From NCBI GenBank assembly GCA_002385815.1, contig DGEE01000120.1, forward strand, positions 1 to 60,571: a DNA stretch of 60,571 nt, written 5' to 3'. Source of the stretch: Hungateiclostridiaceae bacterium UBA3934 (GTDB lineage Bacteria > Bacillota > Clostridia > Acetivibrionales > DTU013). The notes under the pieces are model-generated. The model was not told where the DNA came from. It was given only the letters and a program-made list of their open reading frames with translations, and searched no databases. This document shows, in pieces, positions 9,598-18,161 of the stretch. Position numbers and translations under genes: made by a program. The stretch's first letter is position 1. The number at the start of each line of letters is the position of its first letter.

Positions 9598-10635
9598 ATG
9601 AAAAAGGTTTTTGTGAGTGTCTTTGATTGCAAACCCGGTATGAAGGTAGCAGAGGATATCTTCAATGAATATGGAGCGATCATAGTTGCCGAGGGAACAG
9701 TCCTTGACGACTATATGATTGACCGTATCATACAGCTGGGCTTTACCAGGATAAGAGTGTATGATACCACTGGCGATATCATTGAAGCTAGTGACTCTGA
9801 GCTGTTCAGGGCACAGTACAATGAAAATCTCAATTCTGTCAAAAGTATATTGCATGACATATCCAAAGGCAAAGAGATAGACAGGATACGAGTGGATCAT
9901 GCCACCAGTTCCATGCTCACCAGGATAAATGAGAACAGGGACATAGTAAACACCATATCTGAAATGAGAGCCGCAGGCGAATACCTGTACGCCCACAGTA
10001 TAAATGTAGCGATGCTGTCAATGCTGATAGGCAAGTGGCTGAAGTATGACTATCATAAGCTGAAATCCCTTGTGACAGCAGGTTTTTTACATGATATAGG
10101 TAAGATCAGAGTGCCGCCTGAAATACTGAATAAACCGGGACCGCTCGATGAGGATGAATTCGAGGAAGTCAAGAAGCACTGTATGGCTGGATATAAGCTG
10201 GCAGAAACATTTCCCGGAATGAATGAAGACATTCTGAAAGGCATACTGCAGCACCACGAAAGACAAGACGGCTCAGGATATCCCTTCGGGCTCACGGGCG
10301 ACAGGATCCATGAAACTGCCAGGATAATAGCTGTGGCTGATATATATGACGCGATGACTTCAAACAGGCTCTATAAGGAAAGAGTATGTCCATTTGATGT
10401 ATTCGAAACGATAGAAAAGGACTATTTCGGTAAGCTGGACCACCGTACTGCCAATACATTCCTCAAGAACATCGCATCATACTATATTGGCGAACTTGTA
10501 AGGCTCAGCAATGGAAACATTGGTGAGATAGTCCATATCAACCCGTATAATATCGCAAGACCCATTGTCAAATCCGAAAGCACTTACATCGATCTGGCCA
10601 CAGAGAAAAGTTTAAAGATAGTGGAGATGCTCTGA
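9598..10635 (+). CDS. HD-GYP domain protein (putative c-di-GMP phosphodiesterase)
   Basis: HDIGK ... HHERQDGSGYP motifs. Start ATG 9598 behind GGGAG. About 130-aa uncharacterised N-terminal domain. Confidence 0.88.
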   Translation: MKKVFVSVFDCKPGMKVAEDIFNEYGAIIVAEGTVLDDYMIDRIIQLGFTRIRVYDTTGDIIEASDSELFRAQYNENLNSVKSILHDISKGKEIDRIRVDHATSSMLTRINENRDIVNTISEMRAAGEYLYAHSINVAMLSMLIGKWLKYDYHKLKSLVTAGFLHDIGKIRVPPEILNKPGPLDEDEFEEVKKHCMAGYKLAETFPGMNEDILKGILQHHERQDGSGYPFGLTGDRIHETARIIAVADIYDAMTSNRLYKERVCPFDVFETIEKDYFGKLDHRTANTFLKNIASYYIGELVRLSNGNIGEIVHINPYNIARPIVKSESTYIDLATEKSLKIVEML

Positions 10636-10840
10636 TTTGCATTTGTTGGACAAAAAAGATTGCGATAAAAGCCTTCCAAAAACGACGGTATTTCATTAAT
10701 TATATCGGAGTTTTTTTATTTTTATGTCGATTGATGTTGTTATTTAAAGGATGACGGCGAAACTTTTTGATAGGATGAGCGAACTAAATAAGTTATAATA
10801 GGCAGTGCAGTAAACTACACCAAAAAAGGGGGCGTCATCC

Positions 10841-11152
10841 ATGGCAAACAGGATGCTGGAAAAGTGTATACGAGTCGATGAAGTTGTCGGGGATTTCGGA
10901 GAAACAGGTATATTTGATTTGGAATACTATCTCCTGGAAAATGAAACGGATCATGATTATCCGGAAAGTGTACAGACGGTTTACGGAATAGAAATAGTGA
11001 AAAGGCTGGATGACGGCTCGGTTGAAAATGAAAAGTTCGAAGGAGTTTATGTGGATAAGTCCAAAACACGCAAGTTGATAGATTTACTGGCTGCCAATAC
11101 TGTCACTCCGGTGTCACTTCCTTACATACTTGATGATCTGCTGAGCGTGTGA
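10841..11152 (+). CDS. hypothetical protein upstream of dnaG (possibly DUF6514-type)
   Basis: 103-aa acidic ORF with AAAAAGGGGG RBS. Position directly upstream of dnaG-rpoD as in other Clostridia. Family name is from memory only. Confidence 0.55.
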   Translation: MANRMLEKCIRVDEVVGDFGETGIFDLEYYLLENETDHDYPESVQTVYGIEIVKRLDDGSVENEKFEGVYVDKSKTRKLIDLLAANTVTPVSLPYILDDLLSV

Positions 11153-11395
11153 GAACCGTCTGTAGTTTTGTACAGCCTGTCACATCAATAAAAAACTTCT
11201 CCTTTTTGAAGGGATATCACCCATTCATGTAGAATATAATGCAGACAAATAAAACCTCTTCTGAGTAATGCTTGGAGCGAGGTTTTATCATTGTTGCCGA
11301 TGATTTGAGCTGCATATGGCAAACAAAAAGAAGGAATAAAGGCAAAAGTGTCGAATTTTAATAGAGTATTTTAATGATCATGCCCGTATACTATT

Positions 11396-13282
11396 GTGGG
11401 ATACAGGAAGTATCGACGGTGCAGATCTGCGGCAGTATCCAGGATAAAGGATGATGATTCGATTAGGTATTCGGATGAACTGATTGAAGAAATACGTATC
11501 AGCAATGATATAGTGGATGTCGTTTCAGAATATGTCAGGCTCGAAAAGAAGGGAAAGAATTATTTCGGTCTGTGTCCCTTCCACAGGGAGAAGACACCTT
11601 CATTCAGCGTGGAGGCTGGTAAGCAGATATTCTATTGTTTTGGCTGCGGGAGGGGAGGAAATGTGTTCCATTTCATATCTCTCGCAGAAAGGCTGGATTT
11701 TACTGAGGCTGTGAGACTGCTGGCGGACAGGGCAAAGATCCAGTTGCCGGAAAGCGAGGATCCGCGAGAGAAGAAAAAGGCGAGGATAAAGCAGCAGATA
11801 CAGGATATAAATCTGATAGCTGCAAGGTTTTTTTACGAAGCATTGAAATCGAAGCAGGGTGAAGCTGCCACAGCCTATCTCAAAAAACGTGGGATATCTG
11901 ACAGCACTGCGAGGAAATTCGGGCTTGGTTACTCTAATGACGGATGGGATGATTTATATAATCACTTGAAGTCACACGGGATCAGCGAGGAAGCCATGCT
12001 CGACAGCGGTCTTGTTTTGAAGGGCAGTTCAGGAAATCTGTATGACCGCTTCAAAGGAAGACTGATGTTTCCGATTTTTGACGTCAGGGGGAATGTGATA
12101 GCGTTTGGAGGACGTGTTCTCGATGATTCGCTTCCCAAATACATGAATTCTCCTGAAACGGCATTGTACAACAAAAGAAAGCATCTGTATGCATTGAACT
12201 TTGCAAAAAACCACATCGAAGGCAGCCTGATAATAGTCGAAGGTTATCTGGATGTCATATCACTGTATCAAAGTGGCATCCATAATGTAGTGGCTTCACT
12301 GGGTACAGCGCTGACCGAGAGCCAGGGGCGGCTGCTGAAGAAGTATGCAAACGAAGTGATCATAGCATATGATGCGGATACTGCCGGACAAGCAGCAACA
12401 ATGCGGGGACTCGAGCTTCTGACCGATACAGGATGCAGCGTACGCGTGCTTTCACTTCCTGAAGGCACGGATCCGGATGACTATATAAAAAGGAACGGAG
12501 CAGACAGATTCAGAAAATTGGTGGATAATGCACTGCCGCTGGTGGAGTATAAGATAAAGACCATAAAGACAGAGCATGATCTCTCAAAAACTAAAGAAAA
12601 GATAAAGTTCCTCAATAAAGCTGCTGATGTACTGGCAAAAGTCGACAATGCAATGGAACGGGAAATGTACATAAAGAGATTATCCAGGGAATATGAAATA
12701 TCAGAAGAAGCGATTCTGTCAGAGGTTTTAAGGCGTGTACGCCCTTCAGCACGACAGATCAGAAGGATCACAAAGGTTGCTGAACCAGCAGGAAAGACAA
12801 ACTCGACGGCGGCAGGCTTAAAGGAGAAGATAATCCATGGCGAACGTTTCGTGCTGTCGTTATTATGTGTTGACAATAGTATATATAATGTGGTAAAAGA
12901 GCATTTTAAGATAGGAAAATTTATTTGGGAAGAAAACAACAGGATCGCAAAAATTTTATACAAGCGGATCGAGGAAGGCTATGGCGTTTCACCGCCTGAG
13001 TTGATGAATACTGTTTCTTCTGACGAATCTGGTATTTTTGCCAGGATACTGAACGAAGAATGTCATTGCGATGATAATGAGAAGGCTATATTGGGTAAAA
13101 TTAGGGACATAGAACTTTTGAAAGCAGAAATGAGACGGGATCAGATAATTGACCTGCTGAAAAATAAAAGCAGACTGACAGATGACGAAGTCGATAAACT
13201 GGAATCGGAGTTGAGGGAATTGATACAGGAAATAAAAAGGATAAAAGAAATGCCCGAATATAAGATGGAAGGGAGGGGCTGA
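11396..13282 (+). CDS. dnaG: DNA primase DnaG
   Basis: Zinc finger [11 protein letters not shown]...CFGCGRGGN. Toprim EGYLDV and YDADTAG. Start uncertain: GTG 11396 is the only canonical in-frame start. Confidence 0.92.
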   Translation: MGYRKYRRCRSAAVSRIKDDDSIRYSDELIEEIRISNDIVDVVSEYVRLEKKGKNYFGLCPFHREKTPSFSVEAGKQIFYCFGCGRGGNVFHFISLAERLDFTEAVRLLADRAKIQLPESEDPREKKKARIKQQIQDINLIAARFFYEALKSKQGEAATAYLKKRGISDSTARKFGLGYSNDGWDDLYNHLKSHGISEEAMLDSGLVLKGSSGNLYDRFKGRLMFPIFDVRGNVIAFGGRVLDDSLPKYMNSPETALYNKRKHLYALNFAKNHIEGSLIIVEGYLDVISLYQSGIHNVVASLGTALTESQGRLLKKYANEVIIAYDADTAGQAATMRGLELLTDTGCSVRVLSLPEGTDPDDYIKRNGADRFRKLVDNALPLVEYKIKTIKTEHDLSKTKEKIKFLNKAADVLAKVDNAMEREMYIKRLSREYEISEEAILSEVLRRVRPSARQIRRITKVAEPAGKTNSTAAGLKEKIIHGERFVLSLLCVDNSIYNVVKEHFKIGKFIWEENNRIAKILYKRIEEGYGVSPPELMNTVSSDESGIFARILNEECHCDDNEKAILGKIRDIELLKAEMRRDQIIDLLKNKSRLTDDEVDKLESELRELIQEIKRIKEMPEYKMEGRG

Positions 13283-13284
13283 AA

Positions 13285-14379
13285 ATGAAAGCAAAGAACA
13301 ATGGAAAAGAAAACAGCAACAGAAAAGCCATTTTGAAAGAGCTGCTCGAAAAGGGTAAATCCAAAGGCATGTTGACATACAAGGAAATAATGGATGCTTT
13401 TGAGGAAGTCGAACTGGAGCCTGAGCAGATCGAGAAGATATACGAAACTGTAGAGAATATGGGTATCGACGTTGTGGGGGACATCGATTCGGAAATAAAG
13501 GAAATGCAGAATGCCGAAGAAGAAGTCGATCTGACTCTCCCTGAAGGTATTAGTATAGATGACCCTGTAAGGATGTACCTTAAAGAGATTGGAAAAGTGC
13601 CGTTACTGACAGCTGAAGAAGAAGTGGAGCTTGCTCTTGCGATGGAAAAGGGTGACAAGGAGGCCAAAAGAAGACTGGCGGAGGCAAATCTGCGCCTGGT
13701 AGTGAGTATAGCGAAACGTTATGTCGGCAGGGGCATGCTGTTTCTCGATCTGATACAGGAAGGAAATCTGGGCCTTATCAAGGCTGTTGAAAAATTTGAC
13801 TACAGAAAAGGGTTCAAATTCAGCACCTATGCTACATGGTGGATCAGACAGGCGATAACCCGAGCCATTGCAGATCAGGCAAGAACCATCAGGATCCCGG
13901 TCCACATGGTTGAAACAATCAACAAGCTCATACGGGTATCAAGGCAACTGCTCCAGGAGCTTGGAAGAGACCCGCAGCCTGAAGAGATAGCAAAGGAAAT
14001 GAATATGTCAGTGGAGAAGGTAAGGGAGATAATGAAAATATCCCAGGAGCCTGTATCCCTTGAGACGCCGATAGGAGAAGAAGAGGACAGCCACCTTGGC
14101 GATTTTATTCCTGATGAGGATGTACCTGCGCCTGCAGAGGCGGCAGCATTCACACTGCTCAAGGAGCAGCTGCTCAATGTGCTTGTCACCCTCACGCCAA
14201 GAGAGGAAAAGGTGCTCAGGCTCAGATTCGGTCTGGATGATGGGAGGGCCAGGACCCTTGAAGAGGTCGGCAAGGAATTCAATGTTACAAGGGAAAGGAT
14301 CAGACAGATCGAAGCAAAGGCTCTGCGAAAGCTAAGACATCCAAGCAGAAGCAAAAAACTGAAGGATTATCTGGATTGA
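13285..14379 (+). CDS. rpoD: RNA polymerase primary sigma factor (RpoD/SigA)
   Basis: [27 protein letters not shown] (regions 2.3-2.4) and region 4.2 [20 protein letters not shown]. Starts 2 nt after the dnaG stop. Confidence 0.97.
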   Translation: MKAKNNGKENSNRKAILKELLEKGKSKGMLTYKEIMDAFEEVELEPEQIEKIYETVENMGIDVVGDIDSEIKEMQNAEEEVDLTLPEGISIDDPVRMYLKEIGKVPLLTAEEEVELALAMEKGDKEAKRRLAEANLRLVVSIAKRYVGRGMLFLDLIQEGNLGLIKAVEKFDYRKGFKFSTYATWWIRQAITRAIADQARTIRIPVHMVETINKLIRVSRQLLQELGRDPQPEEIAKEMNMSVEKVREIMKISQEPVSLETPIGEEEDSHLGDFIPDEDVPAPAEAAAFTLLKEQLLNVLVTLTPREEKVLRLRFGLDDGRARTLEEVGKEFNVTRERIRQIEAKALRKLRHPSRSKKLKDYLD

Positions 14380-14390
14380 TGATTTTCCGC

Positions 14391-14421
14391 AGATGGTCTG
14401 TCTCTGTGACAGATCATCTGT
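14391..14421 (+). terminator. 13-bp hairpin after rpoD (no U-tract; terminator or stabiliser)
   Basis: CAGATGGTCTGTC / GACAGATCATCTG with one G-U and a 5-nt loop. Followed by TAGCAGAAG rather than a T-run. Confidence 0.45.
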
Positions 14422-14518
14422 AGCAGAAGATTTCAAAGATTTACAGAATAAACCGGCGAAAAAACCAGAAAGTCAATGATGCTTTGAACCAGACAGTCCG
14501 GTTTTGTGCAAAAAGCTC

Positions 14519-14547
14519 TTGACCTGTACGCTCTACAAAAGTATAAT
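14519..14547 (+). promoter_or_regulatory. sigma-A type promoter for the tRNA pair (TTGACC-17-TATAAT)
   Basis: TTGACC at 14519-14524, 17-nt spacer, TATAAT at 14542-14547, 14 nt upstream of tRNA-Asn. Confidence 0.65.
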
Positions 14548-14561
14548 ATTATTTGTTTCGT

Positions 14562-14637
14562 TCCTCAATAGCTCAGTTGGTAGAGCATGCGGCTGTTAAC
14601 CGCAGGGTCGTAGGTTCGAGTCCTACTTGAGGAGCCA
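14562..14637 (+). tRNA. tRNA-Asn (GTT), CCA encoded
   Basis: Hand-folded cloverleaf: acceptor TCCTCAA/TTGAGGA, anticodon stem TGCGG/CCGCA with loop CTGTTAA, T-arm GTAGG-TTCGAGT-CCTAC. Confidence 0.93.
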
Positions 14638-14640
14638 CAG

Positions 14641-14717
14641 GGGCCTTTAGCTCAGTTGGTCAGAGCAACCGGCTCATAACCGGTTGGTCCGGGGTTCGAG
14701 TCCCTGAAGGCCCACCA
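14641..14717 (+). tRNA. tRNA with CAT anticodon (elongator Met or lysidine-modified Ile2), CCA encoded
   Basis: Acceptor GGGCCTT/AAGGCCC, anticodon stem ACCGG/CCGGT with loop CTCATAA, T-arm CGGGG-TTCGAGT-CCCTG. Not initiator-like: no three G-C pairs in the anticodon stem. Confidence 0.9.
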
Positions 14718-14719
14718 GA

Positions 14720-14752
14720 AAGAGTGAGGTTTATCCTTACTCTTATTTTTTT
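14720..14752 (+). terminator. intrinsic terminator after the tRNAs
   Basis: AAGAGTGAGG / CCTTACTCTT stem (one G-U) followed by ATTTTTTT. Confidence 0.8.
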
Positions 14753-14761
14753 GATGCGTGT

Positions 14762-14944
14762 TCACTTTTTTTCTGTGGTATCATCGATCTGAACATCATG
14801 GTACATGCCTGCCTGAACTGTAATACTCTGCGATTCCTTGCCGGTCCTGCAGGGGATGATGCTGCAGGAGTTGACAGTTATAACAGTTTCATGTGCTGTC
14901 TCCAAATCACTGACGTGTTTACGCGAGTAGTTCCTTCCCATCAT
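14762..14944 (-). CDS. hypothetical small protein (59-60 aa)
   Basis: Isolated minus-strand ORF with a strong GGAGG RBS 4-7 nt upstream of a tandem ATG-ATG. No family recognised. Confidence 0.55.
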   Translation of the reverse strand: MMGRNYSRKHVSDLETAHETVITVNSCSIIPCRTGKESQSITVQAGMYHDVQIDDTTEKK

Positions 14945-15038
14945 AGCTCCTCCTATATAGTATAATTTGATGTATAATTAAGCATGTACGAAACACTGTT
15001 GCTTTATTACGAAATGATATGGTACGGACAGGGAAAAT

Positions 15039-15800
15039 ATGAAACTGAACGGAAGACTAAGGCTGATAGCTGAAAGCATACCCAAATGCAGAATACTGTC
15101 AGACATAGGTACTGATCATGCCTATATACCCATATATGCCCTGACGCACGGCGTCTGTGAAAAGGCAATTGCGGCTGATGTCAGGTCCGGGCCTTTATTG
15201 GCCGCGCAAAAAAACATCAAGAGGTATGACCTGGAAAATCTTATAGAGGCAAGGCTCGGCGATGGATTTGGGCCCATAGATGAAACGGAATGTGACGTGG
15301 CCGTGATAGCAGGAATGGGAGGGGCTTTGATAAGGAATATATTGGCCGGATATCCGGAAAAGGCAAAAAGGTGCAGTAAACTGCTGCTGCAACCCAACAA
15401 TGCCGCAGAAGCCCTTCGCGGATGGCTTTATGAAAACGGTTTTGGTATCACGAGTGAAAAGCTGGTAAAAGACGGGCGAAAGTTGTATTGCCTCATAGAA
15501 GCAGAATGGACCGGATCATGTAAAAAAAGGGATTTCTTCGACTGTTATATAGGCAATAAACTGTTGGTCAGTAATGCCCCGCTGCTGGAATCATATCTGA
15601 AGAAAAAACTGGCTGAATTGAATACGATAATAGAAGGCAGGTCAAAATCAGATCCTGACAAAGAGCGCCGGAAAGAATACGATTCATACATTGATACTCA
15701 AGTCTGCATTGATATAAGAGATAAGCTGCTTGTCCTTCTCGAGAAAAAATGGCCTGGCCCGGGCGGGAATCAGGCACAGGATGTCGAACGGCGAAAATAG
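15039..15800 (+). CDS. trmK: tRNA (adenine22-N1)-methyltransferase TrmK
   Basis: N-terminus MKLNGRLRLIAESIP...SDIGTDHAYIPIYAL and GMGG motif typical of TrmK/YqfN. Followed by a nif3/yqfO homologue as in Bacillus. Confidence 0.85.
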   Translation: MKLNGRLRLIAESIPKCRILSDIGTDHAYIPIYALTHGVCEKAIAADVRSGPLLAAQKNIKRYDLENLIEARLGDGFGPIDETECDVAVIAGMGGALIRNILAGYPEKAKRCSKLLLQPNNAAEALRGWLYENGFGITSEKLVKDGRKLYCLIEAEWTGSCKKRDFFDCYIGNKLLVSNAPLLESYLKKKLAELNTIIEGRSKSDPDKERRKEYDSYIDTQVCIDIRDKLLVLLEKKWPGPGGNQAQDVERRK

Positions 15801-15831
15801 CATATCATGCGGAAGGAAAGGAGAAACAACG

Positions 15832-16599
15832 GTGGTAACATGTAAGGATGTAATGGAATTCATGCAGGAACTCGCACCCTCCGAGCTTGCTGAGGAATGG
15901 GATAATATCGGGCTGATGGCAGGAAGTAAGACGGGAAAAGTAGAAAAAATTCTGGTATGTCTAGATGCAACGGTATCTGCACTGGAAAAAGCCGCAGATA
16001 TAGGCGCTGACCTGATAGTGACGCACCACCCGGTGATTTTCAGAGGGTTAAAGAGTGTGACAGAGGATGACATCACGGGAAAGCGCATTTATACAGCTAT
16101 AAGGAATGGCATCAGTATAGTTTCAGCTCACACGAATCTTGACCATGCTGATAATGGAGTAAATGCGCAGCTGGCTTCGGTGCTGAGATTGAGAGATATT
16201 ACTCTGCTGGGACGGGGTCCGGGCAGAGTGGGCATGCTGGAGGAAAGAATGGAGTTTAGCGCTTTCGTAAGCCATGTGAAAGAATGTCTTGGAGTTTCCC
16301 ATGTGCGGGCGGCAGGTTGTGATCCAACAGGAATCCGGAAAATAGCAGTTTTCGGAGGAAGCTTCGATGATGATCTGGAAGCTGTAAGGAATTCATGTGT
16401 TGATGTCGTCGTTACAGGTGAGCTGAAATACCATACTGCACTCGATGCCAGTGAAGCAGGCATGTGTATTATAGCTGCAGGTCATTTCAGTACAGAAAGG
16501 ATAGTACTTCCATATCTTGCATCAGAACTTGCCGGAAAGTTTCCTGCAGTTGAGGTTATCTGTTTTGATGAGGAAAGGGATCCTTTTATTACATATTGA
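15832..16599 (+). CDS. Nif3-like dinuclear metal centre protein (YqfO family)
   Basis: Start GTG 15832 behind GGAAAGGAGAAAC. WDNIGL, VTHHPVIF and AHTNLD motifs. Confidence 0.9.
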   Translation: MVTCKDVMEFMQELAPSELAEEWDNIGLMAGSKTGKVEKILVCLDATVSALEKAADIGADLIVTHHPVIFRGLKSVTEDDITGKRIYTAIRNGISIVSAHTNLDHADNGVNAQLASVLRLRDITLLGRGPGRVGMLEERMEFSAFVSHVKECLGVSHVRAAGCDPTGIRKIAVFGGSFDDDLEAVRNSCVDVVVTGELKYHTALDASEAGMCIIAAGHFSTERIVLPYLASELAGKFPAVEVICFDEERDPFITY

Positions 16600-16624
16600 C
16601 ATACTTCAGCATATGGAGTAATAT
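16596..16624 (+). promoter_or_regulatory. sigma-A type promoter for rnpB (TTGACA-17-TAATAT)
   Basis: TTGACA at 16596-16601 overlaps the nif3-like stop codon. 17-nt spacer, TAATAT at 16619-16624, about 25 nt before the RNase P P1 helix. Confidence 0.55.
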
Positions 16625-16648
16625 ATAAGTCCGGTATTGAAAATTTAT

Positions 16649-17003
16649 GAGTAAGTCGGATAATCGCGGGTACAGTGCCGAAAGGCCGTATCTGAGGAAA
16701 GTCCGGGCTCCACAGGGCAAGGGTGCCGGGTAACTCCCGGTGAAGGCGACTTCAAGGAAAGTGCAACAGAAATATACCGCTTGTTGCGTAGTTTTCACGC
16801 AGCAAGTAAGGGTGGAAAGGTGAGGTAAGAGCTCACCAGCGGCATGGCGACTTGCCGGTCTATGTAAACCCCATCCGGAGCAACACCGCAGAGGGACATG
16901 ATGGCGGCCCGCCAGTCCCGGGCAGGTGGCTTGAGCCATACAGCGATGTATGGCCCAGACAGATGATTATCCAAGACAGAACCCGGCTTACAGACTTACT
17001 CAT
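16649..17003 (+). ncRNA. rnpB: RNase P RNA (bacterial, apparently type A)
   Basis: P1 GAGTAAGTC (16649-16657) pairs with GACTTACTC (16993-17001). Universal motifs GAGGAAAGTCCGGGCTCCACAGGGCA, GGTGAGGTAAGAGCTCACC and ACAGAACCCGGCTTA were read directly. Confidence 0.9.
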
Positions 17004-17010
17004 CAGACAT

Positions 17011-17047
17011 CAGGTACATCAGCCTCAAAGCTGGTGTACCTGTTTTT
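17011..17047 (+). terminator. intrinsic terminator after rnpB
   Basis: CAGGTACATCAGC / GCTGGTGTACCTG 13-bp stem (one G-U) followed by TTTTT. Confidence 0.8.
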
Positions 17048-17134
17048 ATATTCCGTACAGTCTGTGACTGCATTTTTTTATTTGATTGAGAAATAATACT
17101 ATGAGAATATGTGAAATTTTAATGAGAGGTATGT

Positions 17135-17905
17135 ATGCAAAAAGATGACGGCAGGTTTTTTGAAAGACTGGCCGCGAATGCAGCTGAGCAGACGGAGATA
17201 AAGAAGGAACAGCTAAAAGCTGATGAAATAAAGGAACTGGGCAGGATGACAGTATCGAATCTGAAGGGGAATATACATTGCCTTACAGTGATCGGGCAGA
17301 TAGAAGGCCATATCATCCTGCCACCACAAAACAAAACGACGAAATATGAGCATGTGATACCGCAGCTGGTCGCCATAGAAGAGAATACAGAAATAGACGG
17401 ATTGCTCCTGATACTTAATACAGTAGGAGGGGATGTGGAGGCTGGACTGGCGATTGCAGAGATGATAGCCAGCATGAATAAACCAAAGGTATCTCTTGTG
17501 CTCGGAGGCGGCCACAGCATTGGTGTTCCAATGGCAGTATCTACTGATTATTCTTATATTGCACCGTCGGCGACGATGACGATACATCCGATCAGGCTTA
17601 ATGGTCTTGTTATAGGAGTTCCGCAGACATATGAATATTTTGACAGGATGCAGGAGAGAGTTGTACAGTTCGTTTCAAAGAACTCCGGTATCTCAAAAGA
17701 CGAATTCAGAAAGCTTATGCTGAAAACAGGCGAACTTGCCAATGATGTCGGAACAGTGCTGTTTGGCGAAGATGCTGTCAGGTGCAGGCTGATAAATGAA
17801 GTTGGTGGCCTTTCGGACGCACTGAGAAAATTATACGAACTCATAGAACAAAGGAAGATGAAAAATGGTGTGGTGAAAACCCCACAGGGAGATGAGCTCC
17901 AGTGA
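17135..17905 (+). CDS. ClpP-fold serine protease family protein (TepA-like)
   Basis: 256 aa. [20 protein letters not shown] and GGGHSIGVP resemble the ClpP/TepA fold. Followed by a ylzJ-like gene and ftsK as in Bacillus tepA-ylzJ-spoIIIE. Confidence 0.75.
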   Translation: MQKDDGRFFERLAANAAEQTEIKKEQLKADEIKELGRMTVSNLKGNIHCLTVIGQIEGHIILPPQNKTTKYEHVIPQLVAIEENTEIDGLLLILNTVGGDVEAGLAIAEMIASMNKPKVSLVLGGGHSIGVPMAVSTDYSYIAPSATMTIHPIRLNGLVIGVPQTYEYFDRMQERVVQFVSKNSGISKDEFRKLMLKTGELANDVGTVLFGEDAVRCRLINEVGGLSDALRKLYELIEQRKMKNGVVKTPQGDELQ

Positions 17906-18129
17906 TCCTGTATTCAATAATACCTGCGGAGATAGTGTTCAATGGTTTGGACGATGCACCAGGTGCAGAATATATAGAGGCGTCATACAAGGGAGAAAAG
18001 GTACTCGTCTCAAGGATGAGAAACAGCCAGTTCGTTATAACAAGACTTCTGAGCACAAGGCCATCTTCTTATCTGGATCCGGCTTTTCAGCCTGGAAGCA
18101 TAGTGATGGAAAGCGAACTGATATATTAA
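17902..18129 (+). CDS. YlzJ-like small protein
   Basis: 75 aa. GTG start overlaps the tepA-like stop (GTGA). Size and position match ylzJ. Family call is by synteny and memory. Confidence 0.6.
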   Translation: MILYSIIPAEIVFNGLDDAPGAEYIEASYKGEKVLVSRMRNSQFVITRLLSTRPSSYLDPAFQPGSIVMESELIY

Positions 18130-18150
18130 AGGCTGCCTGCTGGCAGCCTT
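18129..18150. terminator. bidirectional hairpin between ylzJ-like and the convergent MCP gene
   Basis: AAGGCTGCC tgct GGCAGCCTT perfect 9-bp stem flanked by A/T on both sides. Confidence 0.7.
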
Positions 18151-18161
18151 TGATGAAGAGC

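Noticed and set aside
16589-17067. 116-aa (-) and 71-aa (+) ORFs between the nif3-like and tepA-like genes.
   Set aside because: The interval is a complete RNase P RNA gene, so the open frames are incidental.
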